From Candidatus Thorarchaeota archaeon (GTDB lineage Archaea > Asgardarchaeota > Thorarchaeia > Thorarchaeales > Thorarchaeaceae): 64,000 nucleotides of DNA. The stretch covers positions 96,001 through 160,000 of the forward strand of contig DXJO01000041.1 of the NCBI GenBank assembly GCA_019057475.1, in the 5' to 3' direction. The notes under the pieces were generated by a model. That model was given only the letters and a program-made list of their open reading frames with translations, made no database searches and had not been told where the DNA came from. Numbering within the stretch: position 1 is the stretch's first letter; every line of letters begins with the position of its first letter. This document shows, in pieces, positions 58,320 to 64,000 of the stretch. The position numbers and the translations under genes are program-made.

Positions 58320-58691
58320 CTATTCAGCCTTTTGATACTGGGCAATCAGGTCCTCCACCATAGCATCCACTGTTCTCACTACATCATCGATTTCCTCTCT
58401 GGTAGCTCTATCAATGTGAATTCCAACTGTTACGACAACAGGAACTCCTATAGAACTGCAAATCTTCTCCGCTGCAGAGTTGGCTACAACGTAGTCCTTG
58501 TGCCCCGGGAACGTGAGCGTGTTGACACTAACAGTAGTAGCGTTTCTGTAGTGGCTCTTTGCAGAATGCGCTACTGCAACCCCTCCAATGTGATGTTCAT
58601 CTCCGCCGTAGATGGTCACGAGAAGGTCTTTGCCAATTGTAACGGCCTTCAGGATGATGTCGTGTTTTCCGGCCTTTCTTTCGATTATCAT
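58320..58691 (-). CDS. LpdD-like small protein (prenylated-flavin chaperone-like family)
   Basis: GKDLLV.I.GG...HIG.VA, PGHKD.VVA, VVVTVGIHID; start ATG 58691 after AGGTG. Confidence 0.6.
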   Translation of the reverse strand: MIIERKAGKHDIILKAVTIGKDLLVTIYGGDEHHIGGVAVAHSAKSHYRNATTVSVNTLTFPGHKDYVVANSAAEKICSSIGVPVVVTVGIHIDRATREEIDDVVRTVDAMVEDLIAQYQKAE

Positions 58692-58746
58692 CGCACCTAC
58701 CGTATGTGAGAAGATACCTGTAATGCTTTCGGTAGTCCTCAGCGAT

Positions 58747-60306
58747 CTATTTCGCCGTCCGTTTCTGGTGCATCCTCCAAGACAATGTGAGAGTCTTGGG
58801 GTGTGCTGCTCGGTATTCGTCCAAGTCGTGGAGTGCTGTCGAATGTGGCGCACTCTTGACAATATCCGGGTTGCTGTATGCCTCGTTGGATATCTGCTTG
58901 AATGCGCCTATCAAGAGGTCAAGATCTTCTTTTGATTCGGATTCCGTGGGTTCAATCATGAGTGCCTCTGGAACAATCAGTGGGAAGTACATAGTGGGAG
59001 AATGAAGACCAAGATCAAGAAGTCGCTTTGCCACATGCATTGCGGTCACTCCGGTTTCTTCTGCAAGATTCTCGGCCGATATGACACACTCGTGCATGCG
59101 TGGCGTATTGGGAGAATAAGGTAGACTGAATCCTCGAATCTGACTGATGTGATGCGCGATATAGTTCGCATTGAGCACTGCGATTTCAGAAGTTCTACGA
59201 AGTCCCTCCTTACCTAAGGCACAGATGTATGTGTAAGCTCTCACAAGAACGCCGAAGTTGCCGTAGAAGCCATGGACTTTTCCGATAGATCGAGGTAGAT
59301 TGTAGTTCAGGTCGAATCTGCCTTCTTTTACCTTAACAATACACGGTACGGGGAGCAGCTCGATCAACTTCTCCTTCACACCCACAGCTCCGGATCCTGG
59401 ACCACCCCCACCATGAGGGGTCGAGAAGGTTTTGTGCAAATTCATGTGCATGACGTCGAAGCCCATATCGCCCGGTCGACTTATCCCCATTATTGCATTA
59501 AGGTTGGCTCCATCGTAGTATAGAAGCCCTCCAGAGTCATGGACTATGCCTGCAATTTCGCCGATATCTTTCTCGAATACTCCAATGGTGTTCGGGTTGG
59601 TGAGCATAAGACCTGCGGTCTGCGGACCTGAAGCTGCCTTGAGCGCATCAAGGTCAACAAGACCTTCGTTACTGGATGGGAGAACGACTATCTTGAAGCC
59701 AGCCATCGCAGCCGAGGCAGGGTTAGTTCCGTGAGCCGCATCCGGAATAAGCATCTCCTTGCGTTGATCGCCCTCATCCATGACATGCTTGTGATAGGCC
59801 CGGATAATCATAACACCTGCGAACTCACCTGCGGCACCCGCGGGTGGTTGAAGAGTTACTGCGTCCATTCCTGAGAGCTCGGCCAACCACTGCTCAAGCT
59901 CCCACATCAACTCTAAGGCACCTTGGCATGTGGAAACATCTTGGTATGGATGAAGCCATGCCAGACCAGGGTTCAGCGCAGCCTGTTCATTGATGAGGGG
60001 GTTATACTTCATTGTGCAGCTGCCAAGCGGATAGATGCCTGAAGACACAGAGAAGTTCATTTGGGACAATCGGGTGAAGTGACGAACTACTTGAAGCTCT
60101 GACATCTCTGGTAGGTTAGGGCTCTGTTTCCTACGCATCCCTGCGGGGATCATTGCATCCAGTGATCCTGCTAATCTCTTCACTTCATCCTCTACAGCAG
60201 GAAGTCGGTGGGCTATCTTGCCTGACACGGACATCTCGAAGAGGAGAGGCTCGTTCCAATTGGCCTGGCGGTATTTGGAATCTTGAGAGTCGCGTTGGCG
60301 GTTCAT
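58747..60306 (-). CDS. gcvPB: Glycine dehydrogenase (decarboxylating) subunit 2
   Basis: YPLGSCTMKYNP, AHGTNPASA, NLHKTFSTPHGGGGPG, MIEPTESE. Confidence 0.96.
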   Translation of the reverse strand: MNRQRDSQDSKYRQANWNEPLLFEMSVSGKIAHRLPAVEDEVKRLAGSLDAMIPAGMRRKQSPNLPEMSELQVVRHFTRLSQMNFSVSSGIYPLGSCTMKYNPLINEQAALNPGLAWLHPYQDVSTCQGALELMWELEQWLAELSGMDAVTLQPPAGAAGEFAGVMIIRAYHKHVMDEGDQRKEMLIPDAAHGTNPASAAMAGFKIVVLPSSNEGLVDLDALKAASGPQTAGLMLTNPNTIGVFEKDIGEIAGIVHDSGGLLYYDGANLNAIMGISRPGDMGFDVMHMNLHKTFSTPHGGGGPGSGAVGVKEKLIELLPVPCIVKVKEGRFDLNYNLPRSIGKVHGFYGNFGVLVRAYTYICALGKEGLRRTSEIAVLNANYIAHHISQIRGFSLPYSPNTPRMHECVISAENLAEETGVTAMHVAKRLLDLGLHSPTMYFPLIVPEALMIEPTESESKEDLDLLIGAFKQISNEAYSNPDIVKSAPHSTALHDLDEYRAAHPKTLTLSWRMHQKRTAK

Positions 60307-61709
60307 CTTGTGCCACCCCCTTTAGTCACGACATCACGAACCACTTCCACAAGCTGATCAATAGCAGTCTTGCCATGGAGTTCAGTTACGCATAACAGCA
60401 TTGATTCCCCAAATTCAGGGTATTCCTCAGTTAGAATCTTGCCACCATGTAAATCACGCTTCAGTAGAGATTCATGAACCAGCTGGGCAGAAGCGTCACC
60501 CTCAAACCTAACAACAAACTCCTTCCAGAATGAGGCACCAAAAGCGGGCGCCGTTACGCCAGAAATCTTGTTGAGTTGTTTCGCAGCGTAATGCGATCTG
60601 TGGGCAATTATTTCACCCAAATGCCGGAATCCCTCAGGCCCAAGTGTGGATGTGTAGACAGCGGCTGTCACTGCGACAAGTGCTTGATTTGAGCAGATGT
60701 TACTGGTGGCCTTCTCCCTTCGGATATGCTGTTCGCGAGGAACGAGAGTCAGAACAAATCCGCGCTTGTAAGGTTCGTTGGATGTTCTTGTCATCCCCAC
60801 GAGACGGCCTGGAAGTTGACGGATTATCTTCATGCGATCCCTGCAGCCGAACACTCCAAGGTATGGCCCTCCATAGGATACTGCAGAACCCAAGTACTGT
60901 CCTTCACCAACGATTATGTCCGCTCCGTAGTTTCCCGGGGGCCGTAGAATACCAAGAGAGAGCACGTCCACCCCTACAACCAAGAGAGAGCCAGCATCGT
61001 GCACGATACGGTTGATCTCATCAACTTGGGGTTCAATGAAACCTAGGTAGCTGGGATTCTCAACATAGACTCCTGCAACTTGGCTGTCCAGTTTCGACTT
61101 CAAGTCTGCAAGGTCAAGAAGCATACTCTTCTGGTCATGTCCGACCCGCTCAATCGTGATGCCTGCAGGCTCTGCAAACGTATTGATTACCTGCCAATGG
61201 ACTGGATTGATCGTGTCAGGCACAAGGAATTTACTTCGCTTCTTGTTCACCCTTGCGGCCATCAAGACTGCTTCCGCCAGTCCGGTGGCCATGTCGTACA
61301 TGCTACTGTTTACGACATCAATCCCAAGTAGCTCGGCCATCATACTCTGATACTCGAACAGTGTTTGCAGCATTCCCTGACTGATTTCAGGTTGATAGCT
61401 TGTATAGGAAGTGAGGAATTCAGACCGTGTGGCAAGTGCAGGTACTACTGAAGGGATGTAATGTATTCCTGCGCCTGCACCCAAGAAGACACGTCCTGTA
61501 TCAGCTGGTTTGTTCTTTGAGGCCAGTTCTTGCACTCGTTGTGCTACTTCGAGCTCAGTTCTCGAGGTGGGAATATTGAGATCCCGTTTCAGCCGATAGT
61601 CCTCGGGAATATTACTAAAAAGATCCTCCAGACTCCTCTTGCCAAAGGAGCTCAGCATCTCGCTTTCGATTTCTTTTGTGATTGGGAGATAGGGATGCTT
61701 GAATTCCAT
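60303..61709 (-). CDS. gcvPA: Glycine dehydrogenase (decarboxylating) subunit 1
   Basis: FLGAG, YTSYQPEISQG.LQ, NSSMYD, REQHIRREKATSNICSNQAL. Confidence 0.96.
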   Translation of the reverse strand: MEFKHPYLPITKEIESEMLSSFGKRSLEDLFSNIPEDYRLKRDLNIPTSRTELEVAQRVQELASKNKPADTGRVFLGAGAGIHYIPSVVPALATRSEFLTSYTSYQPEISQGMLQTLFEYQSMMAELLGIDVVNSSMYDMATGLAEAVLMAARVNKKRSKFLVPDTINPVHWQVINTFAEPAGITIERVGHDQKSMLLDLADLKSKLDSQVAGVYVENPSYLGFIEPQVDEINRIVHDAGSLLVVGVDVLSLGILRPPGNYGADIIVGEGQYLGSAVSYGGPYLGVFGCRDRMKIIRQLPGRLVGMTRTSNEPYKRGFVLTLVPREQHIRREKATSNICSNQALVAVTAAVYTSTLGPEGFRHLGEIIAHRSHYAAKQLNKISGVTAPAFGASFWKEFVVRFEGDASAQLVHESLLKRDLHGGKILTEEYPEFGESMLLCVTELHGKTAIDQLVEVVRDVVTKGGGTR

Positions 61710-61862
61710 TCGTAGCCCCACCGAACACGGTTGTCAGTGACTGATGGCGCAACCTAAGCGATAAAGAGCCTTTCTGTATACTCCACAAAGCTGGTCTGGA
61801 ACCTAAGAATCATTTTTATGCTGACATCAATTGACGATGCTCAAATCAATGGAGAAACCGAA

Positions 61863-62177
61863 ATGAAGCGCTGGCTGATGGATATCTTGGCTTGCCCTGC
61901 CCCAGAATGCAAGAACGAACTGCACCTTGAAGTCTACAAGTCACACATGGTGGAGTCTGATGGGGAGGATGTCGAAGAAATTGACGAAGCCTTGATTACA
62001 TGTCCAAAGTGTGACCGGTGGTATCCTGTTATTGACGGGATTGCCTGCATGCTTCCTGACGACCTGAGAATGACTGGAAAACAGCGAATAGAAGAAGAAG
62101 CATTCCTTGAGCGTTGGAAAGATAAGGTCGCGCCCAATATCCTCAACAACGGCATTCCATTTGGTGTCAAACCATAA
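61863..62177 (+). CDS. trm112: Trm112-family methyltransferase activator
   Basis: MKRWLMDILACP..CK..L, CPKC.RWYPVIDGI..MLPD. Confidence 0.85.
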   Translation: MKRWLMDILACPAPECKNELHLEVYKSHMVESDGEDVEEIDEALITCPKCDRWYPVIDGIACMLPDDLRMTGKQRIEEEAFLERWKDKVAPNILNNGIPFGVKP

Positions 62178-62212
62178 TCCTGAAGTAGTCACCTGATAGG
62201 TGCGCTATCATA

Positions 62213-62289
62213 AGCCCCGTAGTGTAGCTGGTCAAGCATAGGAGGTTTTGGTCCTTCTGACCCAGGTTCGAGTCCTGGCGGGGCTACCA
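62213..62289 (+). tRNA. tRNA-Gln(TTG), intronless
   Basis: AGCCCCG/CGGGGCT acceptor, GGAGG TTTTGGT CCTTC, CCAGG TTCGAGT CCTGG, CCA. Confidence 0.93.
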
Positions 62290-63144
62290 TTACTTCGATT
62301 TGATGTCCAAATCATCTGGAGGATCAGTGATCTGTACTTTGAAGAGACGTTTGACGTGTGAGAGAACAAGCCTCTCGCCGTTGACAAGCACGTCTATTGT
62401 GACATGATCACGTAGGCCCGAAGTGCGAATCTTCTTCTCTAGGACAGCCTGCACTTGAAAGACTCCTGCAGGATTATCCATTGCCACGGTAATGCGAAGG
62501 GGCTTCTTCTTACCTTTCTCAAGAATGACATTGTTGATGGCAAGTGCACTCACTGAATGGATGTCGACCTTGCCTTTGTGATAGGGCACTATGGTGCGCC
62601 CTTTCGTTAGGTCGCTGCCATCACCTAGCTTTGTAATTCCGGCCTCAAGCGTCAGACACTGAGTATCATCATCGTGGGAGTAGATGCCGTGCATTATGAA
62701 GGACATTATATCAGTCGCCAATGACAAATCCGAGTATACGGATTCTAGCTTTGGCTCAAGGATTGGAACCGCTAGTTGGAGTGAGGCTTGGTAGTGTTCT
62801 TCTCGGTGTACCGTCATTCCAATGTCATGCAAATATGTCGATGCTAGCACGATTAGGCGAGCATCATCAGTGTCACCTATGCCCTCAGCCACAACATTGG
62901 GCCTGAAGGTGTCGTCGAGAATGTTGAATATCTTAATGGCGTTCCAAGTTGCCACCTCTGCATGAACAGGCCCGTGGTCTGTGTAGCCCAGTCGAGAAAC
63001 AGCCATTCTGTTCGCCGTTCGGAGGTAGGATTGGACCTTTGGCGAATTCTTGAGGTACTGATACATCTCTAGAGCCTTTGAGTTGGGCTCGAGTAAATCA
63101 CTGACGGTGACCTCATCTCTGTTGAAAACTTGATGCTCGTTCAT
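62290..63144 (-). CDS. HD-domain phosphohydrolase
   Basis: RLGYTDHGPVH, YLHDIG, SHD, DGSD.TKGR, IHSVSALAI. Confidence 0.88.
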   Translation of the reverse strand: MNEHQVFNRDEVTVSDLLEPNSKALEMYQYLKNSPKVQSYLRTANRMAVSRLGYTDHGPVHAEVATWNAIKIFNILDDTFRPNVVAEGIGDTDDARLIVLASTYLHDIGMTVHREEHYQASLQLAVPILEPKLESVYSDLSLATDIMSFIMHGIYSHDDDTQCLTLEAGITKLGDGSDLTKGRTIVPYHKGKVDIHSVSALAINNVILEKGKKKPLRITVAMDNPAGVFQVQAVLEKKIRTSGLRDHVTIDVLVNGERLVLSHVKRLFKVQITDPPDDLDIKSK

Positions 63145-63215
63145 GACTAGGCCCCCAGGGGGACATTCTCTTGTGACGGTTCATTTGATAAGACTTGCGA
63201 AGTGGAAGGAGGTGG

Positions 63216-64000
63216 CTAGATGTCTCCAGCCTCTTCCTGAATCGAAAGCAGAATGCGGTCTGTAGCGCTGGTGCTCTTTTTGATGACCTTTAGATAGTCC
63301 TGTCGCGCCTTCTCGAAGGCTGCACGACTAATCCTCTGCTTCTTCTTCCTGAGAAGGAGCTGACGGAGACCGGCCTTTGCGCCCTCGATTCGTTCTTCGT
63401 GAAGCTCGAGCTGAGCTACGATGTCTCTGTATCTCGGGCCTTCGCTGACGAGCTTATCCTTTAACGAGGGGAGCTGAGAGTCAATCTTTTCCATCTGCGA
63501 CTTGATATCCTTCTGACGAATCATGAACTCCCTCTTCTTGACCTTTCCTCTTCTTCGAGATGCTTCAATCTTTTCAAGATCCATGTTCAAAGTGGTCTTC
63601 TTGGAATAGAGCGTAGCAAACTCCCTCAGAAGCTCTGGAGGCGCACCCGTAGATTTGGCTTCAATTGCAGTTGGTTCTTCTTCGCCCGAACCGACTATCT
63701 CCTCTGGTAAGTCTACTTTTCTGTACATTACATAAATGAGGGCAATGAAACCTGCCATCAGTGCAAAGAGGATAGGTCGAGCAGCAGCTCCTATCGAAAC
63801 TTGGTATACCAACACGATGTTGGGTGGGTTCTCCTGTGTTGTGTTATAGACTGTGTAACTAATCGATGTGTCGAATACACCGTAAATGAGTTGATAATCG
63901 CCTGAGGTTTCTACGAGGTTGGTTGAGATTGGAAACACAATATCGATTGTATGCTTGCTGACGAGTATATCACCGAACGCGGCTATCGGAACCTTCAGCT
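63216..64000 (-). CDS. C-terminal part of a ribophorin-I (OST1)-like membrane protein; gene runs off the window
   Basis: Frame open to the window edge (LKVPIAAFGDILVSKHTIDIVFP...), beta-rich exterior segment, single TM, long cytoplasmic coiled coil. Confidence 0.55.
   Translation of the reverse strand, partial: LKVPIAAFGDILVSKHTIDIVFPISTNLVETSGDYQLIYGVFDTSISYTVYNTTQENPPNIVLVYQVSIGAAARPILFALMAGFIALIYVMYRKVDLPEEIVGSGEEEPTAIEAKSTGAPPELLREFATLYSKKTTLNMDLEKIEASRRRGKVKKREFMIRQKDIKSQMEKIDSQLPSLKDKLVSEGPRYRDIVAQLELHEERIEGAKAGLRQLLLRKKKQRISRAAFEKARQDYLKVIKKSTSATDRILLSIQEEAGDI

Noticed and set aside
58692-58862. Long N-terminal extensions from the ORF track (also at 808, 26862, 30481, 47984, 55570)
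   Set aside because: They overlap neighbouring genes or non-coding DNA; downstream starts fit family N-termini better.

Overview
This is an archaeal chromosomal window, most likely from an Asgard archaeon (Thorarchaeota-like). That assignment is an inference from eukaryote-type topoisomerase IB, a ribophorin-I-like C-terminus, FtsZ in the secE-spt5-L11 context and introns in several tRNAs. The conserved core (17.2-29.5 kb) is nep1, rnp4, yhbY, S19e, PDCD5-like, L39e, L31e, eIF6, LX, prefoldin alpha, ftsY, argF, pfkB, ftsZ, secE, spt5, L11, L1, P0 and P1. Other housekeeping genes include thiL, an mtaB-like methylthiotransferase, a SAMP/MoaD protein, gcvPA/PB and trm112. There are five tRNAs; three carry introns, including non-canonical D-loop and T-arm positions. 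Accessory DNA comprises four parts. (i) An mvhD-fdhA-fdhB operon whose mvhD has no in-frame start but has an in-phase A_AAA_AAG slippery site. (ii) A cassette-like membrane-protein region (10.3-16 kb) with a repeated intergenic element. (iii) Three integrase-free mini-islets, each bounded by a tRNA and a degenerate copy of a tRNA 3' end. (iv) The strongest candidate for an undescribed system: a ~14 kb AT-richer island bounded by a ~360 bp diverged direct repeat of a deacetylase gene start. It encodes two KASIII/FabH-like enzymes with non-canonical catalytic residues, two acyl-CoA ligases, alpha/beta hydrolases, a MaoC hydratase and a complete Liv-type ABC importer, with no ACP. Two unannotated structured non-coding regions (26.85 kb and 55.35 kb) also merit testing. 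All calls come from motif recognition by eye; no searches were run.
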